A DNA stretch of 64,000 nucleotides from Planctomycetota bacterium (GTDB lineage: Bacteria; Planctomycetota; UBA1135; UBA2386), in contig OZ245838.1 of assembly GCA_965228735.1 (NCBI GenBank), forward strand, positions 352,001 through 416,000. Reading direction: 5' to 3'. The notes beneath the pieces are model-generated. The model worked only from the letters and a program-made list of their open reading frames with translations. It had not been told where the DNA came from and ran no database searches. Made by a program: the position numbers and the translations under genes. Below, in pieces: positions 9,446 through 19,189 of this stretch; position 1 is the first letter of the stretch, and each line of letters begins with the position of its first letter.

Positions 9446-10681
9446 ATGGCGATGCCGTCCCGGATCTCGCGTCGGAGCGTGCTCACCGCGCTCTCCACGG
9501 CGGCGGCCGCGACGGCTGCCGGGTGCGCGACCCGGCAGACGGCGGTGGTGCAGGGGCGCCGCAGCGCGCGCTTCCTGCTGCCGCCCGCGCAGGTCTTCCT
9601 CAACACGGGGTCACTCGGCGCGTCGCCCGAGGCCGTGCTCGATCGGACGCTCGGCGCCTGGCGCACGCTCGAGCTCGAGCCCGTCCACCAGGGCTTCGGC
9701 CCGCTCGTCGCCGAGGCGAACGCGGTGCGCGAACGCGCGGCGGCGCTGCTCGGTGCGACCGCCGCGGATGTGACGATCACCAACAACACGACGGATGGCA
9801 TGCACCTCGTTGCCGAAGGGCTCGCGCTGCGGCCCGGCGATCGGGTTTTGACCACCGACCACGAGCACCCGGGTGGCGAACGCTGCTGGCAGCATGCCGA
9901 GCGCGAGCGCGGTGTCGTGCTCGATCGGATCCGGTTGCCGATGCCGCTCGTGGATCCGGGTACCGTCGTGCAGCTCGTCGCGGAAGCGCTCGCGAAGCAG
10001 CCGCGTACGCGCGTCGTGAGCGTGAGCCACGTGACATCGACGACCGGCACGCGGTTGCCGATCGCGGCGATCGCGCAGGTCGTCCGAGCGCACGGGGCAG
10101 CCTTCGTCGTCGACGGGGCGCAGGCGCCCGGCGCGATTCGCGTCGACGTCACGGAACTCGGTTGCGATGCCTACGCGACGAGCGCGCACAAGTGGCTGCT
10201 CGGTCCCAAGGGCCTCGGTCTGCTGTACATCGCGCCGGCCGCGCGCGACCGCATCCGGCCCGCGCGCCTCGCGGATGGTCCAGGGGTCTACACGGCCGCG
10301 GGGGGCACGGCGCCCGTGCCGGCGATCGTGGGGCTCGGCGCGGCTCTCGAGCTGCACGAAGAACTCGGGCCGACTGCGATCGAGGCCCACAATCTCGCGC
10401 TGCGCGAACGGCTGATCGACGGACTGAGGTCGGTGCCCGAGGCGCGGCTCGTGAGTCCGACGCGTGGTGACCTCGCGGCGCCGATGGTTGCCGTGGCGTT
10501 CGGCGGGTCGATCGACGGTCGGGCGGTGCAGCGGGCGCTCCGCGAGCGGCACGACGTGATCGTGAAGCTCGTGCCCGGCCGTCACTTCAACGGGCTGCGG
10601 TTGTCGATGCATCTCTACAATGCGGCCGAGGACGTAGATCGCGCGCTCGATGCGTTGATCGCGGAGCTGTCGCCGCGGTGA
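9446..10681 (+). CDS. Class V PLP aminotransferase (cysteine desulfurase/isopenicillin N epimerase-like) with Tat signal
   Basis: SRRSVL twin-arginine leader. FLNTGSLG, TTDHEHP, VDGAQAPG and SAHKWLLGPKG (PLP lysine). Confidence 0.9.
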   Translation: MAMPSRISRRSVLTALSTAAAATAAGCATRQTAVVQGRRSARFLLPPAQVFLNTGSLGASPEAVLDRTLGAWRTLELEPVHQGFGPLVAEANAVRERAAALLGATAADVTITNNTTDGMHLVAEGLALRPGDRVLTTDHEHPGGERCWQHAERERGVVLDRIRLPMPLVDPGTVVQLVAEALAKQPRTRVVSVSHVTSTTGTRLPIAAIAQVVRAHGAAFVVDGAQAPGAIRVDVTELGCDAYATSAHKWLLGPKGLGLLYIAPAARDRIRPARLADGPGVYTAAGGTAPVPAIVGLGAALELHEELGPTAIEAHNLALRERLIDGLRSVPEARLVSPTRGDLAAPMVAVAFGGSIDGRAVQRALRERHDVIVKLVPGRHFNGLRLSMHLYNAAEDVDRALDALIAELSPR

Positions 10682-10836
10682 AGCAGCGCGCGGCGCAATG
10701 CTGTGCAGCGCGCAACACGCTGCGGCTCGAAACGGGTGTGGCCTACCTCGCGCACGGCGGCTTCCAGGAGAACGCGACGGGCGGACAAGGCACGGACACC
10801 GCCTACGGCTACGTGCAGATGCGCTGGCGCTTCTGA
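10678..10836 (+). pseudogene. Relic or mini-ORF encoding the C-terminal 40 residues of an alginate-export-family barrel paralog
   Basis: NTLRLETGVAYLAHGGFQENATGGQGTDTAYGYVQMRWRF* matches the C-terminus of the next gene at 26/40 residues without gaps. GTG 10678 overlaps the upstream stop. Confidence 0.75.
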
Positions 10837-10922
10837 TCGGCCTGCCGTGTAGCTCTGATGTGTTGCTCTGACGTGGGGGGGTCTGGCATGCTGGGGCCTG
10901 CCGTTTGCCAGTAACCGTGCCT

Positions 10923-12350
10923 ATGGTCCCAAGCCCACTCGCGTGGTTGCCGCCGGCAACCAGGCTCCTCTCTCTCATTGGCCTGGCGTTGGCCGTCGTT
11001 ATCCCGGTCCAAGCCGCGCGGTCCCAGGGAACTCCGGCCCAGGCCAGCAAGCCCTGGAAGTTGCAGAGCCTGCTGCCGAAGGACTCGTGGCTGAAGCTCA
11101 GCGGCGAGTATCGCCTGCGGTGGGAGGGGCTCGACGGTCAGTTCCGGAACAGCGTGACGCAGTCGCGGCTCTCGAGCGACGACAACTTGCTGCTGCAGCG
11201 CACGATCCTGCGCGCGGACGCGGACTTCGACAACGTCGACCTCACCGTCGAGGTCATGGACTCGCGTCACTTCGGGGGCAGCACACGGTCGAGCCTCGAC
11301 ACCCGCAACGTCAACGCGCTCGACTTCCTGCAGGTCTACGCCGAGTTCCAGCTCGGCACCAAGGACTCGGACAGTCACCTGCTGCGGGTCGGGCGGCAGA
11401 CGATGGACTTCGGGGCCCGCCGCTTCGTGGCGCGCAACCGCTATCGCAACACGATCAACTCGTTCCTCGGGGCGGCCTACTGGTGGCACAGCAAGGACGG
11501 CGATGCGAACGCGACGGTGTTCTGGACGCTGCCGACGCTGCGGCGCCCGAGCGATCTCGCCTCCGTCGTCGACAACGAGATCGAACTCGACGACCAGGAC
11601 ATCGACAGCCAGTTCTTCGGCGCGTTCTACCAGCAGAACCTGCCCGAGCGTCACCTCTACGAACTCTATGCCTACGGGCTCTACGAGGACGAGCCCGGGA
11701 CGCGCATGCGGCAGATCTACACGCCGGGCGCGCGGCTCCTGAGGCAGGCGGCGGTCGGGGAGTTCGACTACCAGTTCGACGCGGCCTACCAGTTCGGCGA
11801 CTCACGGCGGTCAGCGGGCGGGCCGGATCTCGATCACGACGCGTGGTTCCAGCACAGTTCGGTCGCCTACACGATCGATGCGCCGTGGCAGCCGCGCGTG
11901 CGGCTCGCGTTCGACTACGTCAGCGGTGATCGCGACCCGAACGACGGCGACAACAACCGATTCGAGAGCCTCTTCGGCGTCCCGCGCTTCGAGTTCGGGG
12001 CAACCGGCATCTTCCGCCCGATCGCACGCGCCAACACGATCTCGCCCGAGCTTCGGGTGATCATGAAGCCGGGCGAGGGGATGAACTGGTTCGTCGCGTG
12101 GCGCGGCCTCTACCTCGCGAGCGAACAGGACGCGTGGACGACCGCGGGCATCACGGATCCGACGGGCAACTCGGGTCGCCACGTCGGCCAGCTGTTCGAG
12201 ACGCGCTTCCGCTGGGACATGTGCGAGAACACGCTGCGCTTCGAGCTCGGCGGCGGCTACATCGCCCACGGCAGCTTCCAGGAACGCGCGCCGGGCAGCC
12301 GGAACACCGACACGGCGTTCGGCTACGCGCAGGTGCGCTGGCGGTTTTGA
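10923..12350 (+). CDS. Alginate export (AlgE-like) outer-membrane beta-barrel
   Basis: Signal peptide. LSGEYRLRWE, LRVGRQTMDFG and YVSGDRDPNDG motifs. C-terminal YAQVRWRF. Start uncertain (10905-10923). Confidence 0.85.
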   Translation: MVPSPLAWLPPATRLLSLIGLALAVVIPVQAARSQGTPAQASKPWKLQSLLPKDSWLKLSGEYRLRWEGLDGQFRNSVTQSRLSSDDNLLLQRTILRADADFDNVDLTVEVMDSRHFGGSTRSSLDTRNVNALDFLQVYAEFQLGTKDSDSHLLRVGRQTMDFGARRFVARNRYRNTINSFLGAAYWWHSKDGDANATVFWTLPTLRRPSDLASVVDNEIELDDQDIDSQFFGAFYQQNLPERHLYELYAYGLYEDEPGTRMRQIYTPGARLLRQAAVGEFDYQFDAAYQFGDSRRSAGGPDLDHDAWFQHSSVAYTIDAPWQPRVRLAFDYVSGDRDPNDGDNNRFESLFGVPRFEFGATGIFRPIARANTISPELRVIMKPGEGMNWFVAWRGLYLASEQDAWTTAGITDPTGNSGRHVGQLFETRFRWDMCENTLRFELGGGYIAHGSFQERAPGSRNTDTAFGYAQVRWRF

Positions 12351-12377
12351 GTCGCTGCTTGCCCGTGAGGATGGCGT

Positions 12378-14045
12378 TCAACGGTCGGGGCGTTGGATGA
12401 CGCGGCCTGGCAGGGCGCCGGTCGGTTCACCGTTCTCGACGACGAACGTGCCGTTGACGAGCACGTGGACGAAGCCCGTGCACGGCTGATACGGATCGGC
12501 CGCGGTCGCGTGGTCGCGGACCTCGTCGAGGTTCATCACGACGAGGTCGGCGTGCGTCCCGGCGCGGATGACGCCGCGGTCGCGCAAACCGAGGATCTGC
12601 GCCGGCAGCGAAGTCGCGGCGCGGATGGCGTGTTCGACGGTGATCGCGCCACGGTCGAGTGCGTAGTGCCGGATCTTGCGCGCGAACGCGCCGTAGAAGC
12701 GCGGGTGGACGGGACCGTCACCCGGCAAAGCGATGCCGCCGTCCGTGCAGGTGGCAGTCCACGGCTGTGCACCCAGGAGCTCGACGTCGGGCTCCCACAT
12801 CGAGTAGCCGCGAATGCGCGCGCCGCCCCGGCGGTCGCGGTAGCCCTCGAGCTGCAGGGTGATCGCCATCTGCGTCGCGGACCGACCGCGTGCCCTCGCG
12901 AGCTCCGCCAGCGTCTTGCCGATCAGCGTGCGGTCGGGATGATCGAGCACGACGATCTGCTCCGCGCCGCCGCGGCGCATGATCTCGTGCTCGATGTCGC
13001 GGGCGAGGTCGGCCGCGATCGACTCGTCGGCCAACGCCTTCTCGAGCAGTTGAGCGGGTCGAAGGCCATCGCCGTTCTCGCCGACACGCTGCCGCAGCCA
13101 CGAGGGAACGAGCACCACGCGGCCGTCCGTGCCCGACGTGTTGTAGGGGTATTGATCCGCATAGATCCGAACGCCACGGCTCCGCGCCTCGTCGATCAGC
13201 CGGACGATCGCTCCCGCCGAACCCCAGAAGTCCGTACCCTTTACCTTCACGTGGGTCGCGACAACGACCGCGCCCGTGCGTTCGCCGACCTCGATCAGCT
13301 CGCGGATGTTGTCGAGCATGCTCGGCTGCGCCGGCGGGTCGCGGCTCGGCAGGTACCACATCGGCGAAGTGCCGGAGCTGCGTTCGTGGAGGATGTAGAC
13401 GCCGTCGACCGCCGCGACCTCGGCGACGAGTTCGACCATCTCCTCGGTCGTCGCCCACCGGCCGGGCACGTATTCGAGGCCCGCCGAGATGCCGTAGGCG
13501 CCATCCTTCAGTGCCTGTCGCACCGCCGCGGCCATGCGCTCGACCTCGTCGTTCGTGGCCGGGCGCCGGTGATCGCGGCCCATCACCCGTTGTCGGATCG
13601 TGCCGTGGCCGACGAGCAGCGCGGCGTTGACCCCGATGCCGAGCTCGGTGAAGCGCGCGCGTTGCGCCGCGATCGGCGCGTTGCTGCGACCGTCCTGATT
13701 GACGACGACCGTCGTGATGCCCTGGGTCACCAGATTCGTGGCCGCGCGGCGCGCTGCGTCGCGATCGGCGAGCCCGCCGTCGGCGTGGCTGTGCAGATCG
13801 ATGAACCCAGGGGCCACGATGTGCCCTGTGACGTCGAGTCGTCGCTTCGCCGCTTCGTCGGCCAGCCGGCCGACGGCGACGATGCGTCCGCTGCGGATTC
13901 CGACGTCCGCGCGAAACCACGGATTGCCCGAACCGTCGAGCACCCGGCCGCCGGTCAGTACCAGGTCGAACGGTTCGTCCTGGGCGCCGCAGTGCAGGCC
14001 GATGCCGAGGAGGGCGGTGAGCAGCCAGCCGAAGGAGCGCAGCAT
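12378..14045 (-). CDS. N-acyl-D-amino-acid deacylase family amidohydrolase, secreted
   Basis: GGRVLDGSG, APGFIDLHSH, DQYPY, HPRFYGAF and ADLVV motifs. Confidence 0.9.
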   Translation of the reverse strand: MLRSFGWLLTALLGIGLHCGAQDEPFDLVLTGGRVLDGSGNPWFRADVGIRSGRIVAVGRLADEAAKRRLDVTGHIVAPGFIDLHSHADGGLADRDAARRAATNLVTQGITTVVVNQDGRSNAPIAAQRARFTELGIGVNAALLVGHGTIRQRVMGRDHRRPATNDEVERMAAAVRQALKDGAYGISAGLEYVPGRWATTEEMVELVAEVAAVDGVYILHERSSGTSPMWYLPSRDPPAQPSMLDNIRELIEVGERTGAVVVATHVKVKGTDFWGSAGAIVRLIDEARSRGVRIYADQYPYNTSGTDGRVVLVPSWLRQRVGENGDGLRPAQLLEKALADESIAADLARDIEHEIMRRGGAEQIVVLDHPDRTLIGKTLAELARARGRSATQMAITLQLEGYRDRRGGARIRGYSMWEPDVELLGAQPWTATCTDGGIALPGDGPVHPRFYGAFARKIRHYALDRGAITVEHAIRAATSLPAQILGLRDRGVIRAGTHADLVVMNLDEVRDHATAADPYQPCTGFVHVLVNGTFVVENGEPTGALPGRVIQRPDR

Positions 14046-14085
14046 GGTCGCACGGTACGCGGGACCCGCCGTACTGCCAGCGCGT

Positions 14086-15138
14086 TCAGCGCCCGGTCGT
14101 CGTGAGTCGGACGCGCATCAGGCAGGAGTCCGCGGTCATGTAGAGTGTGCGACCGTCGTCGCCGAAGCAGCAGTTGCTCGTGCGTTCGCCGGTGCGGATC
14201 GTGCCGAGGTGGTGCCCGTCCGGACTCAGCACGAGCACGCCGCCGGGTCCCGTGGCGAACAGGTTGCCGTGCACGTCGACGGCAAGGCCGTCCGGCATCC
14301 CGGGGTTGTCGGGCACGAGCGCGCTCGCGTCGAAGAACACGCGGCCCTCACCGAGCGAGCCGTCGGCCTGCACCGGGAACGCCATCCAGATCGGCCGCTT
14401 CGGGTCGGAGTTGGCGACGTAGAGCGTTCTCTCGTCGGGCGCGAACGCGATGCCGTTCGGCCGGCTGAGCGCGCGCGACATCAGCGTGACCGTGCCGTCC
14501 GGGGTGACGCGGTACACGCCCTGGAAGTCGATCTCCTTGCTCGGATCCTGCATCTTCCGCGTGAGGCCGTACGGCGGGTCCGTGAAGTAGAGGTCGCCGT
14601 TGCTGTGGAACGCGGCGTCGTTCGGGCTGTTGAAGCGCTTGCCGTCCCAGTGCGTCGCGATCGGCTCGTACTCGGCGCGGGGGTTGCCGAGCGGTGCTTT
14701 CATGCGACCGACCTGGCGCAGCCCGTGCTGGCATAGCACGAGGTTGCCGTCATGGTCGAGCACCAGGCCGTTCGATCCCGGTTCGTCCGGCTTGATGTGC
14801 CCGGGCCGCGGGATCGGGTCGAGGTAGCCGCTCTGCGGCAGATAGACCGACGTGCCGCGACCCGTCTGCCACTTCCAGACCCGGTTGGGCGGGATGTCGG
14901 AGAACAGCAGGTAGCCGCCGTCCTCCGGGATCCACACCGGGCCCTCGGACCAGTCGAAGCCTTCCGCCAGCACCTCGATCTCGGCGTCCGGTGCCACGAG
15001 CGCGTGGATCGCGGGGTCGAGGCGTTCGACGCGGCCGGCGGTGCGGAGCACGTCGGCTGGGTCGTGCACGAAGCCCGAGGCGCAGCTCGCGGCGAGGAGC
15101 GCGAGCGGAAGCGTGGCGATGACGGACGAGGTCTTCAT
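14086..15138 (-). CDS. SMP-30/gluconolactonase family lipoprotein
   Basis: WSEGPVW, FSDIP, RFNSPND, PNGIAFAPD and PDGLAVD motifs. Confidence 0.92.
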   Translation of the reverse strand: MKTSSVIATLPLALLAASCASGFVHDPADVLRTAGRVERLDPAIHALVAPDAEIEVLAEGFDWSEGPVWIPEDGGYLLFSDIPPNRVWKWQTGRGTSVYLPQSGYLDPIPRPGHIKPDEPGSNGLVLDHDGNLVLCQHGLRQVGRMKAPLGNPRAEYEPIATHWDGKRFNSPNDAAFHSNGDLYFTDPPYGLTRKMQDPSKEIDFQGVYRVTPDGTVTLMSRALSRPNGIAFAPDERTLYVANSDPKRPIWMAFPVQADGSLGEGRVFFDASALVPDNPGMPDGLAVDVHGNLFATGPGGVLVLSPDGHHLGTIRTGERTSNCCFGDDGRTLYMTADSCLMRVRLTTTGR

Positions 15139-15154
15139 GGTGTCGATCTTAGGC

Positions 15155-16543
15155 CTACTCGGTTCCCGGCAGAACGCCGAGGGTGTCGAGCAGCTTGTAG
15201 ACGCCGATCGAGCCGGTCGAGATCACGGCGATCCAGAGCGCCGGATCGACCCACGAGCGCTGGGCGAGCTCACGCCGCGTGGCGCGGTAGCGCAGCAGGC
15301 AGACGGCGAGGGCGAGGAACGGCAGGATCGCGGCCTGCGCGATGCCGCCGACGAACACGAGCGTCACGGGTTCGTCGAACAGCAGCGCGACGCTGCACGC
15401 GAAGATCGGCAGCCCGATGCCGAACGCGCGGATCAGGCCGCGCCGGGCGCGGTCGTCGAGCTGGCGCATGCCGAACACGTGCACGGCGTCGGTCAGCACG
15501 CGCGACGTCGATGCGGCCCAGACGAAGAACGTCGAGAACAGCACCGCGACCGCGCCGGCGGCGTAGATCCAGGTGCCCGCATTCTGGCCGAGCCCGGTCG
15601 TGTAGATCACGGACAGCGACTCGTGCAGCGCGTCGCCGTCGACCTCAAGCTCGTTCCGATGCAGGATCGCCGCGCCGAGCAGATAGAACGCGACCGTGCC
15701 GGTCGTGTAGACCGCGCAGGCGATCCACGCATCGAGCTGCATGACCCGGATCCAGCCGCGCGCGCGAACGATCCATTCGGGCGAGCCGTCGGCCGGACCG
15801 ACGTGCCGGGCATAGCCCTTCTCGAGGCACCAGTAGGGATAGAAGACGAGCTCGTTCGCCCCGACGCCCGTGATGCCGAGCACGGCGAACGCCGTGACGA
15901 TTCCGTCGCTCGGGATCGACGGGGTGAGGCCGGTCGCGACATCCTCGCCGCGAATCGCCGCGTCCGTCGTCTGGACGAGGATCGCCGCCACGAGCGTCGA
16001 CAGGGTGAACAGCGTGACGAGCGCGGTGGTGGGGCCCTCGACGAAGCGATAGCGCCCGGTGGCGAGTAGCCCGATCGTGAGCACCGCGAACGCGATCGCC
16101 CAGAGCCAGTCGGGCGCAGCGCCGAGCCAGCTGCCAGTGGTCGATTGGCCGAGCGTCGACAGGTCGAAGACCTTGGCGAGCGCGAGCAGGATGCCGCCGA
16201 TCTGGACGGCCGCGCCGACCGTCATCAGCGCCCACAGCACGTTCAGCCAATTGATGCGACCGTGGCGAACGCGAACCGCCGGCCCTGGCACGCGATCGAA
16301 CGCTTCGAGCACCGTGTGTCCCGACGACACGACGTAACGCCCGAGCTCGATCTGCAGGAAGACCTTGACGACGCACGAGAACAGGATGAGCCAGAGCAGC
16401 GCGAAGCCGACCTCGGCGCCGAGTCTGGTCGTCGCGATCAGTTCACCCGAGCCGACGATCGCGCCCGAGATGATGATCCCGGGGCCGATGCGTCGCAGCC
16501 GACCGAAGAAGGTCGTCGGCGGGTCGAGAACGGTCGTGGCCAA
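15155..16543 (-). CDS. Nramp-like (APC superfamily) membrane transporter
   Basis: IGPGIIISGAIVGSGELIATT, GITGVGANEL and YPYWCLEKGY motifs. Many TM helices. TTG start. Confidence 0.85.
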   Translation of the reverse strand: MATTVLDPPTTFFGRLRRIGPGIIISGAIVGSGELIATTRLGAEVGFALLWLILFSCVVKVFLQIELGRYVVSSGHTVLEAFDRVPGPAVRVRHGRINWLNVLWALMTVGAAVQIGGILLALAKVFDLSTLGQSTTGSWLGAAPDWLWAIAFAVLTIGLLATGRYRFVEGPTTALVTLFTLSTLVAAILVQTTDAAIRGEDVATGLTPSIPSDGIVTAFAVLGITGVGANELVFYPYWCLEKGYARHVGPADGSPEWIVRARGWIRVMQLDAWIACAVYTTGTVAFYLLGAAILHRNELEVDGDALHESLSVIYTTGLGQNAGTWIYAAGAVAVLFSTFFVWAASTSRVLTDAVHVFGMRQLDDRARRGLIRAFGIGLPIFACSVALLFDEPVTLVFVGGIAQAAILPFLALAVCLLRYRATRRELAQRSWVDPALWIAVISTGSIGVYKLLDTLGVLPGTE

Positions 16544-16555
16544 CGTGCGTGGGCG

Positions 16556-17719
16556 TCAGCGTGCCGGACAGGCGGCGGCGATCAGCTCGCGAATCGCGTC
16601 TCGTGACTTGCCGAGATCGGGGCTGCCCTGCGTCTGGGTGAAGAAGATGCCGACGAGATCACGCTTCGGATCGCACCACGCGAAGGTGCCGTCCGAGCCC
16701 CCGTGAGCGAACGAGCCGTCGTCGCCGACCGTCCAGCCGAACCCGTAGCTGTGGCCCTCGATGTGTTCGGTCTGCGAGCGGGTCGCGGCGGCCGTCATCG
16801 CCGGCGACAGGATCGTCGTCTCACCATGGCGGCCCTGCTGCAGGAACACGCGGCAGAACCGGGCGAAGTCGCGCGCGGTCGAGATCATCCCGCCCGAGCC
16901 TCGCACGAACGGGACCGTGGGCGGATCGCCCGGGCTCCAGCTGCTGCGCCAGCCGTCATTCGCCTTGCGCGCCACGGTCGCCATGCGCGATTGGTCGGCC
17001 GTCGACTCGTGATGGTTGCTGTCGGGCATCCCGATGGGCTCGTAGAACCGCGCTCGACAGAAGCGTTCGAACGGCTGCCCGGACGCGACCTCGACGATCG
17101 CGGCGAGAGTGTTGTAGCCCGGGTTGCTGTACGAGTACGTCGTTCCCGGCTCGACGGCAGGCCCGACCTCCGCGAAGCGCGCGGCCTCGAGCACGAGGTT
17201 CGGCGCCGTCGGGTGGTCGGCCGACGGCCGCATGAGCGGTTGCATGAACAGGGACCGGATGCGGAACCCGCTCGTGTGCGTGAGCAGCTGGCGCACGGTG
17301 ATCGCGCTGGCCTCGCCGTCACCGAACGTCGGCAACCACTTCGACGCCGGGTCGTCGAGTTCGACCTTGCCGTCGTCCACGAGCGCGAGGATCGCGGCCG
17401 CGGTTACGGCCTTGGTGTTCGACGCCATGCGAAAGAGCGTGTCCTGCTGCATCGGCTGCTTGCGAGCGATGTCGCGATGGCCGGCCGCGACGTGCAGGAT
17501 GACCGCGTCGCCGCGCGTGACGAGCAGCACGCCGCCGAGCATGGTGCCGTTCTCGGCGAGCGCGCGGAACGCCGCTGCGGCTGAATCGAGTCTCTCGGCA
17601 TCGCAGCCGACCGCAGCAGGGTCGCGCGAGGGCAGCTCCTGCGCTGGCGCGGACGCGCTGATCGTCGTGACGGCGAGCGCCACGGTGAGCGCGATTCCGA
17701 GGCGAGTTGGACGGATCAT
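16556..17719 (-). CDS. Serine hydrolase, beta-lactamase class C-like
   Basis: FRMASNTK (SxxK), LLTHTSG, YSYSNPGY and HGGSDG motifs. Confidence 0.9.
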   Translation of the reverse strand: MIRPTRLGIALTVALAVTTISASAPAQELPSRDPAAVGCDAERLDSAAAAFRALAENGTMLGGVLLVTRGDAVILHVAAGHRDIARKQPMQQDTLFRMASNTKAVTAAAILALVDDGKVELDDPASKWLPTFGDGEASAITVRQLLTHTSGFRIRSLFMQPLMRPSADHPTAPNLVLEAARFAEVGPAVEPGTTYSYSNPGYNTLAAIVEVASGQPFERFCRARFYEPIGMPDSNHHESTADQSRMATVARKANDGWRSSWSPGDPPTVPFVRGSGGMISTARDFARFCRVFLQQGRHGETTILSPAMTAAATRSQTEHIEGHSYGFGWTVGDDGSFAHGGSDGTFAWCDPKRDLVGIFFTQTQGSPDLGKSRDAIRELIAAACPAR

Positions 17720-17753
17720 GGGGCGCCCGTTCTACAACCCCGTGGTCGCGCGG

Positions 17754-19187
<1,434 letters not shown>

Positions 19188-19189
19188 CG

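Noticed and set aside
16556..17719. Beta-lactamase as an antibiotic-resistance gene
   Set aside because: The motifs only support the broad serine hydrolase family, which is abundant in planctomycetes.
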